From a virus (lineage: Duplodnaviria > Caudoviricetes), in the IMG/VR virus record IMGVR_UViG_3300007280_000474: 64,000 bases of DNA. One strand, given 5' to 3'. Below, one piece after another: positions 9,787 through 19,246 of the stretch. The position numbers and the translations under genes were made by a program. The notes beneath the pieces were generated by a model, which saw only the letters and a list, made by a program, of their open reading frames with translations, did not search any database and was not told the origin of the DNA. How positions within the stretch are numbered: the stretch's first letter is position 1; each line of letters starts with the position of its first letter.

Positions 9787-12570
9787 ATGAAAAAGTTCTT
9801 AACAATGGCATTGCTGTTGGTGCCTACTATTGTATTTGCACAAGACAAATACTACGACAGAAATCAACTCCCTCAATTAAGTCAAGAAATCTTAGAGCAA
9901 TCACAGTTTGAATTCACTGCTACAGAAGTACCTGTAAGCAAGTTAATACCTGTGCAAACTCAAAGAGTACAAGACTTAAAGAAGGAAGAAAAAAGATTAA
10001 TCAAGGCACAACAAAATACTTATAGGCCTTTGGTTATTGATCAGCAATATTATATTATTGACGGTCATCATAGATACGATGCATTAACTGAATTAAGCAT
10101 AGCAAATGCTAGAGTATTATTAGTTGATGCACCTATAGAAGAAGTGGTAGACGTATTTAAACAATACAGAGATTATACTCCAACGTATGAACCTACTGTT
10201 GAAGAAGTAGTTGTTGTAGGAACTAGAGCAACACTTATGAGAGCAGTAGACAAGCAAATGATGGCAGATGGTATTCTCAGTGTTGTTGATTCAGATGCAT
10301 TAGGAAACTTTCCTGATACGACAGCCGCGGACGCCATTAGGCGTTTATCCGGCGTGAGTGTAGAAAACGATCAAGGCGAAGGACGTTATGTTACTATCAG
10401 AGGTTTAAGTTCAGACTTAAACAGTGTAGCAGTTAATGGTGCTAGTATGGTTGCTCCTGAGAATGGACGTTCAGTTATTATGGACGGCATACCAACAGAG
10501 TTAATGGACAGTATCACAGTTGCAAAAACTTTGACACCTGAAATGGATGCAGACAGCATTGGTGGTAGAATTGAATTCAATACTAAAAAGCCAACTGACT
10601 TAGATGAAATGTTGTTAAAAGTAAAAGTTAGTAGTAAGTTTGCAGAATACACAGACTACGAACATGCTCCAAACTTTAGTGTAACGTATGGTGATAACAT
10701 CACAGACAATACAGCACACATTATGGGCCTAACATACAGTTCAAAGAACATCGAAAGTTATAACAATGAAACTGGCTTTGGCTGGGAAGATGGTTATATG
10801 AATGACGACTTTGAATTACGTTATTATGACCTAACCAGAGAACGTTATGGATTCAGTTACGACATAAACACACTACTAGAAAGTGGTGCTGTAGTTTTTG
10901 CTAACATCATGTACAACCAGTACGAAGAAGATGAAGTACGTTTTAAAAACGAATACGGTAAAATCAAACTTGCTGAAGAACTAACAAATGGATTGTTATC
11001 AAGCAGAGTAAGGCACGATGCTGAAACAAGACAACGATACGAAACTAGAAGTATTGGTGCTGTAAATGTTGGTGCTGAATTTGATATTGCTGATTGGGCA
11101 GTTGATTCACAACTAAGTTATAGTTGGGCAGAAGAGGATGATAGCGACAATGCTGACATCACTTTTAGAAACTATGACAAAGACAACGGTGCATATTTTT
11201 ATTGGGATAATCCAGTAAATCCATACGTTGTGCCTGTAGATACAACTTTGCGTAATCCAGAAAACTTAGAGTTTGATGCTTTTGAAATGTGGAGTAACAT
11301 AAGCAAAGATGAAGAAACTAGTTTTCAAATCAATGCAGACAACGGTAACTGGAAAGTAGGATTCAAGCATAGATCAAGAACTAAAGATGTAGATGATTAT
11401 ATTATTGCATATGAATGGGATGACATGACTATGGCAGACTTTGATTACACAACTGCACCAGGTTGGTTCTTCCCTAATCAAGTGTTCGGTAATCATATGA
11501 CTCCTGAAGCGGCATATAATCTGCGTAATCTTACAGATCAAATGTCAGTAGACTTCAGTGATGACATCAGCAGAGACTTTGTTACTGATGAAACTATTAA
11601 CAGTGTTTATGTACAACGCACAGTTGAATTAGACAACACAACAATTATTGCAGGTGTACGTTATGAGCATACTGACTTTGAAAGTACAGCATACGACCAA
11701 GATGGCAACAGAACTTATGCAGAGAATGTCTATGGCTTTGTTGCTCCTAGTGTAACTGTAAAGCATTGGCTCACAGACAACTGGCAAGTACGTGGTGCAT
11801 TGTGGAGAGGTCTAAGTAGACCAGGATTTAAAGAAACTGCTCCTATTACAGATTATGATGTAGACACATCAGGTGATACAAGTGGTAGCATCGGTAATCC
11901 AAATCTCAAACCATATGAAGCAGATAACTTTGATTTAAGTTTAGAATACTATGGTGAGGGCATGACTTACTTTGCAGTAGGTTACTTCCACAAGAGCATT
12001 GCTAATGCAATTTATCCAACGTATCAACGTAATGGTACATTCAACGGCATCGCATTTAATGATGGTGTTGAAACTTGGATTAATGCAGACGACAGCACAG
12101 TTGATGGTATTGAACTTAATGCACAATATGGCTGGGATAATGGACTATACGTTGCAACAAACTTTACATGGACTGATTCAGAAAGTACATTTAAGTTTGA
12201 TGACGACGCAGAGTTTACTACTCCATTCCGCAAGTTAGCAGACAAGGCTGCAAACATTAACTTTGGATATGACAGCGGTGCTTGGGATATCAGAGTTGCA
12301 GGTAATTACAGAAGTGATTACTTAGATTGGTTAGCAGATGAAGATGGCGACATTGGTGAAGTTAGTGCGAACAACAGTAGATATGTTGATGACTTTATGC
12401 AGTGGGATCTGACTGTTAAGTATGAAGTTAATGACAACTTCACTATCAAAGCAGAAGCAATTAACTTAAACAACAGACCAGAATATTATTATTGGGGTGA
12501 TGAATCACAACTCAGCCAATATGACATGTTTGGCAAATCTTATAGTTTAGGATTTAATTACAAACTGTAA
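9787..12570 (+). CDS. TonB-dependent receptor with N-terminal ParB/Srx-like domain
   Basis: Signal peptide; RPLVIDQQYYIIDGHHR; TonB box EEVVVVG; plug DAIRRLSGVSVENDQGEGRYVTIRGL; GNPNLKPYEADNFD; barrel C-terminal strand YSLGFNYKL. Confidence 0.9.
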   Translation: MKKFLTMALLLVPTIVFAQDKYYDRNQLPQLSQEILEQSQFEFTATEVPVSKLIPVQTQRVQDLKKEEKRLIKAQQNTYRPLVIDQQYYIIDGHHRYDALTELSIANARVLLVDAPIEEVVDVFKQYRDYTPTYEPTVEEVVVVGTRATLMRAVDKQMMADGILSVVDSDALGNFPDTTAADAIRRLSGVSVENDQGEGRYVTIRGLSSDLNSVAVNGASMVAPENGRSVIMDGIPTELMDSITVAKTLTPEMDADSIGGRIEFNTKKPTDLDEMLLKVKVSSKFAEYTDYEHAPNFSVTYGDNITDNTAHIMGLTYSSKNIESYNNETGFGWEDGYMNDDFELRYYDLTRERYGFSYDINTLLESGAVVFANIMYNQYEEDEVRFKNEYGKIKLAEELTNGLLSSRVRHDAETRQRYETRSIGAVNVGAEFDIADWAVDSQLSYSWAEEDDSDNADITFRNYDKDNGAYFYWDNPVNPYVVPVDTTLRNPENLEFDAFEMWSNISKDEETSFQINADNGNWKVGFKHRSRTKDVDDYIIAYEWDDMTMADFDYTTAPGWFFPNQVFGNHMTPEAAYNLRNLTDQMSVDFSDDISRDFVTDETINSVYVQRTVELDNTTIIAGVRYEHTDFESTAYDQDGNRTYAENVYGFVAPSVTVKHWLTDNWQVRGALWRGLSRPGFKETAPITDYDVDTSGDTSGSIGNPNLKPYEADNFDLSLEYYGEGMTYFAVGYFHKSIANAIYPTYQRNGTFNGIAFNDGVETWINADDSTVDGIELNAQYGWDNGLYVATNFTWTDSESTFKFDDDAEFTTPFRKLADKAANINFGYDSGAWDIRVAGNYRSDYLDWLADEDGDIGEVSANNSRYVDDFMQWDLTVKYEVNDNFTIKAEAINLNNRPEYYYWGDESQLSQYDMFGKSYSLGFNYKL

Positions 12571-12577
12571 TCAAGAC

Positions 12578-12604
12578 AAAGGGGGCAGTTACGCCCCCTT
12601 TTTT
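12578..12604 (+). terminator. Rho-independent terminator (probably bidirectional)
   Basis: AAAGGGGGC-agttac-GCCCCCTTT then TTT, between convergent genes. Confidence 0.85.
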
Positions 12605-12686
12605 ATTTAACTCCTACTAATTTAGCCACGTTGGTAAGCCTACCAGACTTCATTAGTTTGTCAAATTTTTTCCATGCTTTAGCCAT
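12603..12686 (-). CDS. 27-aa cationic amphipathic peptide (not in ORF track)
   Basis: MAKAWKKFDKLMKSGRLTNVAKLVGVK; AGGAG 7 nt before ATG; overlaps the stop of the upstream gene. Confidence 0.5.
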   Translation of the reverse strand: MAKAWKKFDKLMKSGRLTNVAKLVGVK

Positions 12687-13035
12687 TCATAGTCTCCTGT
12701 AAATCTGAGACTCGGCATGAGCCTATTGCTCTTTTGCGAAGTTTCTTTTCGCTGAGGTTCAAAAATGTTATTTTTGTATTGTCTTTTACCACACTAGAGG
12801 CATGCGAGTAGAGACCTAAATTTTCAGCACCTACCATGTCAACATATTCCATTACTGGGCAGTTAGGTAGATCACCTACAACTAGGTTTCCGTTTCTTAG
12901 TTCAAAATGAACTTTATTAGTGTTTGTGACTTTTATATCACTTATAGCCCTAATGGGCACGTGATTGTCAGCCAATGCTGTTCCACTGCTTAAGAGTAGA
13001 GTTAGCATGGCTACTGTTCCTATTGGCTTCGCCAT
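12679..13035 (-). CDS. Secreted/periplasmic small protein (possibly DUF6491-like)
   Basis: Signal peptide ending ALA-D; two Cys; AGGAG RBS. Confidence 0.6.
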   Translation of the reverse strand: MAKPIGTVAMLTLLLSSGTALADNHVPIRAISDIKVTNTNKVHFELRNGNLVVGDLPNCPVMEYVDMVGAENLGLYSHASSVVKDNTKITFLNLSEKKLRKRAIGSCRVSDLQETMNG

Positions 13036-13061
13036 AATCTCTCCTTATTGTTTGTGCAACG

Positions 13062-13095
13062 ATTATGCAACTTGAATGTTACATTTATGTTACAA
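13062..13095 (-). promoter_or_regulatory. Pho-box promoter
   Basis: Minus strand reads TTGTAAC-ATAA-ATGTAAC, 10 nt, CATAAT, matching PhoB promoter geometry. Confidence 0.6.
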
Positions 13096-13098
13096 AAT

Positions 13099-13106
13099 TA
13101 TTTATC
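13099..13106 (-). promoter_or_regulatory. Late promoter GATAAATA
   Basis: TATTTATC on + strand upstream of the gene starting at 13035. Confidence 0.5.
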
Positions 13107-13186
13107 ATTAACTGATGTTATATTAACTGAGTTGTGAATTACTCATATTTGATATGCTAACACACTATGGTAAGATAAATATTGAT

Positions 13187-13909
13187 ATGCACTACTTCTT
13201 AGAGTCAAATATTGAGTTTATGTCGCAGGAAATGAAAGATCATTTATGCGAACTTGCTGACAAACATGTTGAGAAACTTGAAGTACAACATCGTCCTTGG
13301 AAAGAAATTTCATACGCAGGAGAACACGATCAACGTGAAACGCACACCAGAACTGAAGAACTAGTAGGTATAAGAACTGCAAGAGAATTCAAACGTAGAA
13401 AAATTTTGTTAGCAAGACACTTTGGATACAAAGCAGAAGGCATGAAAGAAATGCAATTACATGCATATCATATACCAAATGATATTGCACAAGAACTCAA
13501 ACGTAATGCAGCTCAGATGCTTGACATCGAAGAAGACACTATAGATCCCATATTACAAATTCAAACAGAAGGTAATATACTTTATCCACATTGCGGACAC
13601 AGCAGAGAGTCTAGCATGTTTTGTTTGTTAGCGGGCGATTGTGCTAAAACACAATGGTACGAAGAAACAGAACCATTCCACATGTATGAGAATTGGCGTG
13701 TACCAGATGCTTCTAAAATAAAAGAAGTAGAGGAAACGCAATTCAGAATAGGTCCTTGGTATACATTTAATCACCAACAGTGGCATTCAGTTAAACGTCC
13801 TGACAAATCAGTTAAACGTATTAACATCAATCTCAACTTTACATCACTATCATACGCAGATTTAGAAGAAAAACTGTTTGATATGAATGGTGTTGTTGAA
13901 CAATCCTAA
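13187..13909 (+). CDS. Cupin/2OG-Fe(II) oxygenase-like protein
   Basis: YPHCGH...FNHQQWHSV..RININ pattern; ATG 13187 lies 5 nt after GATAAATA (alternative start 13154). Confidence 0.55.
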   Translation: MHYFLESNIEFMSQEMKDHLCELADKHVEKLEVQHRPWKEISYAGEHDQRETHTRTEELVGIRTAREFKRRKILLARHFGYKAEGMKEMQLHAYHIPNDIAQELKRNAAQMLDIEEDTIDPILQIQTEGNILYPHCGHSRESSMFCLLAGDCAKTQWYEETEPFHMYENWRVPDASKIKEVEETQFRIGPWYTFNHQQWHSVKRPDKSVKRININLNFTSLSYADLEEKLFDMNGVVEQS

Positions 13910-13962
13910 ATAAGAACAAGTCGCGTCTTGCCAGCAATATTGTAGCCATGGAATTTTCTGGT

Positions 13963-13970
13963 GATAAATA
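13963..13970 (+). promoter_or_regulatory. Late promoter GATAAATA
   Basis: Intergenic, upstream of the dehydrogenase/radical SAM operon. Confidence 0.55.
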
Positions 13971-14010
13971 TATGCGTACTTAAACGTACACTACAATTAG
14001 GAGAATACAA

Positions 14011-15336
14011 ATGGCCTCGATCGGATTTGTAGGCGTAGGTAAGTTAGGTCAAGCCTGTGCTGAAATGGTCGCCGAGGTTCATCAAGTTGTAGGATATGAT
14101 GTTAATCATGTAGAGCCTGAAAACTTTACAATGGTTGACAGTGTGGCAGATGCTGTAAGAGGACAAGAAATTGTTTTTGTTGCAGTACCAACTCCACATG
14201 ATCCTCAATACGATGGAAAGGCACCAACCAGCCATTTGCCAAACAAAGACTTCGACTACTCGATAGTACGACAAGTTCTAAGTGAAGTGAATGCTGTAGC
14301 GACCAAAGACCAATTAGTAGTATTGATATCAACAGTACTACCAGGAACAGTAAGAAGAGAACTAGTCGATCTTATTCCCAATGCACGTTTCGTGTATAAC
14401 CCTTACCTTATCGCCATGGGCACTGTAAAGTGGGACATGGTAAACCCAGAAATGGTTATGATAGGAACTGAGGACGGCGATGAGAACGGAGACGCAAAAG
14501 AGTTAATAGACTTTTACAAAACAATCATGCAAAACGAACCACGTTACATTGTTGGAACGTGGGACGAATGTGAATGTATCAAAGTATTTTACAATACATT
14601 TATATCAGCAAAAGTAAGTTTGGTTAACATGATTCAAGACGTTGCAGAAAAGCAAGGCAACATCAACGCAGAAGTTGTGTGTGATGCACTTGCGGCAAGT
14701 GACCGACGTATTATGGGACCAGGTTATATGAAGCCGGGCATGGGAGACGGAGGTGCTTGTCACCCTCGTGATAACATTGCCTTACGTTGGATGGCTGATG
14801 AGTTGGATTTAGGATATGATTTGTTTGATGCTGTAATGCTTTCAAGAGAAGTACAAGCAGAAAACATGGCTAAGAAATTAATGGAATTAGCAGGACACGA
14901 CCATCCACAATTTGGCTCAGTGCCTGATTTACCAGTAGTTATTGTAGGCAAAGCCTATAAGCCATTAGTAGAATATGAAGCAGGTTCTGCCAGTATGTTA
15001 GTTGGACACTACATACAAAAAGCAGGTTGGGATTTGTATTACTACGATGAGAAAACAGGCGATATACCTAGTCAGGATATACTAGACAATCCAGCAGTAT
15101 ACTTGTTAGCTCATAATCCAAGCATCACATATGGTGATCAGTTAGACACAGTACCCGGATGGTATAACGACCATAACGTATCAGATTGTGATACTGCTTT
15201 AGTAGCAACAGGTAACGGAACAGAGCTAAACTTTGCACCAGGAAGTGTTGTAGTTGATCCTTGGAGAAAGACACCTGAAATTGAAGGTGTTAAAGTTGTG
15301 CATTATGGTAATACAAGAAAACAAGCACTAAGATAA
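14011..15336 (+). CDS. UDP-glucose/GDP-mannose dehydrogenase family
   Basis: GVGKLG, VAVPTP, ISTVLPG, GDGGACHPRD, C-terminal GKAYKP. Confidence 0.85.
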   Translation: MASIGFVGVGKLGQACAEMVAEVHQVVGYDVNHVEPENFTMVDSVADAVRGQEIVFVAVPTPHDPQYDGKAPTSHLPNKDFDYSIVRQVLSEVNAVATKDQLVVLISTVLPGTVRRELVDLIPNARFVYNPYLIAMGTVKWDMVNPEMVMIGTEDGDENGDAKELIDFYKTIMQNEPRYIVGTWDECECIKVFYNTFISAKVSLVNMIQDVAEKQGNINAEVVCDALAASDRRIMGPGYMKPGMGDGGACHPRDNIALRWMADELDLGYDLFDAVMLSREVQAENMAKKLMELAGHDHPQFGSVPDLPVVIVGKAYKPLVEYEAGSASMLVGHYIQKAGWDLYYYDEKTGDIPSQDILDNPAVYLLAHNPSITYGDQLDTVPGWYNDHNVSDCDTALVATGNGTELNFAPGSVVVDPWRKTPEIEGVKVVHYGNTRKQALR

Positions 15337-15344
15337 GGTGATTT

Positions 15345-16751
15345 ATGAGTGAACGATTAGAACGCATTAAGGCAATTGATTTAATGATGACAGAGGAAGT
15401 TAGTCCTACATTCTGTTTGGCTAAATGGCATCATACAACAATTTACTTACACAGAGGGCAAACACATAGTTGTTATCACCCTAAGCCACATGACATTCCT
15501 GTACAGGAACTAAAGTGGGATCCGAGCGTGTTACACAATACTCCAACTAAAATTGATGAGCGTATTCAAATGTTCAATGGTGAACAATGTGAAGGCTGTC
15601 AGTATTGTTGGAATGTTGAGAACATGGGTGACGATCATGTAAGTGATAGACATCAACGTAATGCTAGTATTTTCAAGCCGGAACGTTTAGAAGAAATTTT
15701 AAACAATCCACCGGACTTCAAAGTAAATCCAGAATACATTGAGATTGCATTCAGTAATGAGTGCAATTTCAAATGTGGATACTGTCACCCAATGCACAGT
15801 AGTTTGTATCACAAAGAAATTGAAAAGCATGGTCCATATACAACAGTTCAAAATCACAGAAACGATATTGACTGGTTTGATGTGTATGGCGAAGAAGGCA
15901 ATCCATATATTGAAGCATGGTGGAAATGGTGGCCTGAAGTAAGTAAGACGCTAAACATTTTGCGTATTACAGGAGGCGAACCTTTGTTGCACAAAACAAC
16001 ATGGGGTATGTTTGAATACTTGATTGAGAATCCTAGACCTAGTATTGAGATTAATATTAATACTAACATGGGCTACACACCAAGGCGTATGGAAAAACTT
16101 GTTGATGCAGTTACTAGAATGCGAGATAATAAATCTATCAAGGCATTTAAAATGTTTAGTTCTATGGATACATGGGGCAAACGTGCTGAATATTTACGCA
16201 CAGGATTAGACGTTGATATTTGGGAAAAGAATCAAGACATTTACTTGCGTGGTGTTAAAAGTCATATCACGCACATGGTAACATTTAATATACTAAGTGT
16301 AACCAGTTTCACAGACTTTTTAAAGAAGATTTTAGAATGGAGAAAAACATACGAGGACATTATACCTAACAATTTAGGCACAGATGAAAATGTTCGTAAG
16401 ATTAGATTTGATACTCCATACTTGAAAGAACCTATTCAGTATGATATGCACATACTGCCTAAGGAAGAATTTTTACCTTACTTTGATAAGATATTAGACT
16501 TTATCAGAGAGAACGTTGTTGAAGACGATAGAACAATGTTTAGCGAATTAGAATACGAGAGATTCCGCAGAGTACGTGATTACTTTGCAAACGAGCAGTA
16601 CCCTGAAGAACGTATTAAAGAAGGCCGCAGAGATTTTTACGGCTGGTTCTCAGAATATGACAAGCGAAGAGATGTATCGTTTTTAGATACTTTCCCAGAA
16701 ATGGAAAACTTCTGGAACTTGTGCAAGGAAGAGTATGAAAAACAAAATTGA
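15345..16751 (+). CDS. Radical SAM protein with N-terminal Twitch/SPASM-like Cys domain (1 of 5)
   Basis: FCLAKW..SCYH..CQYC; CNFKCGYC; TGGEP. Confidence 0.85.
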   Translation: MSERLERIKAIDLMMTEEVSPTFCLAKWHHTTIYLHRGQTHSCYHPKPHDIPVQELKWDPSVLHNTPTKIDERIQMFNGEQCEGCQYCWNVENMGDDHVSDRHQRNASIFKPERLEEILNNPPDFKVNPEYIEIAFSNECNFKCGYCHPMHSSLYHKEIEKHGPYTTVQNHRNDIDWFDVYGEEGNPYIEAWWKWWPEVSKTLNILRITGGEPLLHKTTWGMFEYLIENPRPSIEININTNMGYTPRRMEKLVDAVTRMRDNKSIKAFKMFSSMDTWGKRAEYLRTGLDVDIWEKNQDIYLRGVKSHITHMVTFNILSVTSFTDFLKKILEWRKTYEDIIPNNLGTDENVRKIRFDTPYLKEPIQYDMHILPKEEFLPYFDKILDFIRENVVEDDRTMFSELEYERFRRVRDYFANEQYPEERIKEGRRDFYGWFSEYDKRRDVSFLDTFPEMENFWNLCKEEYEKQN

Positions 16752-18018
16752 TGTAAAGCAAATAGATTTACCTGCAATTAAGAAAAAGTCTTTATGTGCC
16801 TTGCCGTGGTTACACATACATGTGACTCCGGATCAAAACATAATGCCATGCTGTATTGCTAACATGGAAAATGTTGACGATGTTAGAAGTACCATGGATG
16901 ATGGCATCATGGATTGGATGAACTCCGACGCAATGAAAAAGATGAGACTTGATATGCTTAATGGTGAACAACCTAATGCATGTAAAACTTGCTATCATCA
17001 AGAAATAAGCATGGAGAGTTTTAGAAAAACAACTCTACGTGAATACGATGAATTCCTTGAAGAGAATATTGCTAACACAAACGAAGATGGAAGTTTAGAT
17101 GAATTTAAAATGCGTTACTTAGATATGCGTTTTAGTAATTTATGTAATATGAAATGTAGAACTTGTGGTAGTGCATATAGTTCACAATGGGAGATCGAAG
17201 ATGCAAAATACAATGTTCATTTTAATCAACCTATAAATGAAATTAACACGCCTGTTATTATTGAAGAACTAAAACAGCAACTTCCTAATTTAAAGAAGGC
17301 GTATTTTGCAGGCGGTGAGCCATTAATAATGGATGACCATTACATGTTGTTAGAAGAAATGATAAGACTAGGAAAAACAGATATACAATTATCATATAAC
17401 ACTAACATCAGCAAACTGAAATACAGAGACAAAGATTTGATAAAGTTGTGGTCACAGTTTAAACACAAAGTTCAAATATATGCAAGTCTAGATGACTTTG
17501 GTTCTAAAGCAGAGTATATCAGACACGGGACCAAGTGGAACGAAGTAATGAAAAATTATGAAAAGTTACACAAAGATAAAACTGTACAATTAAACATCAC
17601 TACCAGTGTATCGTTATTTAACTGGCCAACACTAACAACATTTATTGATTACTTACAGGAACAAGGACTTGCACCATGGGCAATAGGAAACGGAGGTGCA
17701 TGGCAAATCAATCCGATATACGGTCCAGAAGAATTTAGTTTCCAAGCATTGCCAACAGAATACAAAAAGCAAGTGATTGCTGAACAAAAAGAGTATATTC
17801 AAAAATTAAGAGTACTAGATAAAAATCATAATGTAGTACATCAAGTAGAATTACTAATGAACCAACTAGAGCAGTTAGCCACACTGGCTTTAGCAAAAGA
17901 TAGTTGGGAAGAAAAGAAGAACAGATTTAGAACAGAAGTTAGAAAGATAGATGGGCGTAGAGGCGAAGACTTTGCTACAACATTCCCAGAACTTGCGAGG
18001 CTAGTACATGAAGAATGA
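16735..18018 (+). CDS. Radical SAM protein with N-terminal Twitch/SPASM-like domain (2 of 5)
   Basis: CALPW..PCC..CKTC; CNMKCRTC; AGGEP. Confidence 0.85.
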   Translation: MKNKIDVKQIDLPAIKKKSLCALPWLHIHVTPDQNIMPCCIANMENVDDVRSTMDDGIMDWMNSDAMKKMRLDMLNGEQPNACKTCYHQEISMESFRKTTLREYDEFLEENIANTNEDGSLDEFKMRYLDMRFSNLCNMKCRTCGSAYSSQWEIEDAKYNVHFNQPINEINTPVIIEELKQQLPNLKKAYFAGGEPLIMDDHYMLLEEMIRLGKTDIQLSYNTNISKLKYRDKDLIKLWSQFKHKVQIYASLDDFGSKAEYIRHGTKWNEVMKNYEKLHKDKTVQLNITTSVSLFNWPTLTTFIDYLQEQGLAPWAIGNGGAWQINPIYGPEEFSFQALPTEYKKQVIAEQKEYIQKLRVLDKNHNVVHQVELLMNQLEQLATLALAKDSWEEKKNRFRTEVRKIDGRRGEDFATTFPELARLVHEE

Positions 18019-19246
18019 TTACATTAAAAATGTAGACAAAGACTTCTTGTTAAAGGAGTCTAAAACGTTCTGTATGTACCCGTGGACGCATTTGAATGCA
18101 ACGCCCTTAGGTAACATATTTCCGTGCTGTAGCAACGACTACACAGCGCCTATGGGCAATACAAAAGACATGACTCTCAATGAAGCATTTAACAGTGACT
18201 ACATGAAAGGCTTAAGACTAGACATGCTCAATGAACGCAAGCATGAGATATGTAATTTTTGTTATGCACACGAAGATGCAGGCCCACACAGTTTTAGAAG
18301 ATACAGCATAGAGCACTTTGGCAAATACTTTGACGAAAGCATGGCTATGACACACGAAGATGGCGCAGTAGATGAAATGAGAATGCGTTACTTTGATATA
18401 CGTTTCTCTAATATCTGCAACTTTAAGTGTCGTAGTTGTGGCAGTGAGTTTAGTAGCCAGTGGGCACTAGAAGATAAAAAAACTTGGAACCCAGATGGTC
18501 CAATTATTATGCACGTCGATAATGAAGAAGGCGGCATATTGCAAGAAATACTTGAACAAGTAGAGTATATAGATATTGCTTACTTTGCAGGCGGAGAACC
18601 GTTGATTACGCCTGAACATTATGTTATACTAGAGGAGTTGATTAGACTTGGCAAAACAGATACAGTATTAAGATATAACACAAACGCAAGTACAGTTTCA
18701 TATAAAGATAAAGACATTTTTGATTTGTGGAAACACTTTGATAAAGTTGAACTGAGCTGTAGTATTGATCATTTTGGTCAAAGAGCGGAAATGATGAGAC
18801 ACGGTACTGACTGGGGAAGAGTAGAAAGAAACCTCAAAACATTTAGGAGTTTAGATTACGTTAGTTTTCAGATGAACACAGTGCTAAGTATAATGAATTA
18901 CTATACTTTACATGAGTTCTATGAATACATGAATGGGGTTGGCTTGTTTGATTATGACAAAGATTTTTATAATAGTTTATACTTAGCGGCCAACCCAAAA
19001 CATTATTGTGCTCAGGCATTGCCGAAGCATATGAAAGAGATAGCCGCAAACAAACTACTTGCAGGCTACAAAGGCGACAGAGCAGTCGACCAATTAATTA
19101 AAAGCGGCACTGAATTTGCCGCATTAAATGACACATGGGACGATGTCAAAAAAGACTTCTTCCATATGACATATAGGTTAAATAAACTACGCGGAGAAGA
19201 TTTCTTTAAAGTTTTCCCCGAGTTAGCAGAACTACAGGATATGTGA
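18008..19246 (+). CDS. Radical SAM protein with N-terminal Twitch/SPASM-like domain (3 of 5)
   Basis: CMYPW..PCC..CNFC; CNFKCRSC; AGGEP. Confidence 0.85.
   Translation: MKNDYIKNVDKDFLLKESKTFCMYPWTHLNATPLGNIFPCCSNDYTAPMGNTKDMTLNEAFNSDYMKGLRLDMLNERKHEICNFCYAHEDAGPHSFRRYSIEHFGKYFDESMAMTHEDGAVDEMRMRYFDIRFSNICNFKCRSCGSEFSSQWALEDKKTWNPDGPIIMHVDNEEGGILQEILEQVEYIDIAYFAGGEPLITPEHYVILEELIRLGKTDTVLRYNTNASTVSYKDKDIFDLWKHFDKVELSCSIDHFGQRAEMMRHGTDWGRVERNLKTFRSLDYVSFQMNTVLSIMNYYTLHEFYEYMNGVGLFDYDKDFYNSLYLAANPKHYCAQALPKHMKEIAANKLLAGYKGDRAVDQLIKSGTEFAALNDTWDDVKKDFFHMTYRLNKLRGEDFFKVFPELAELQDM

Noticed and set aside
9787-10200. ParABS partition system
   Set aside because: The ParB-like domain follows a signal peptide, lacks an HTH, and no ParA or parS is nearby
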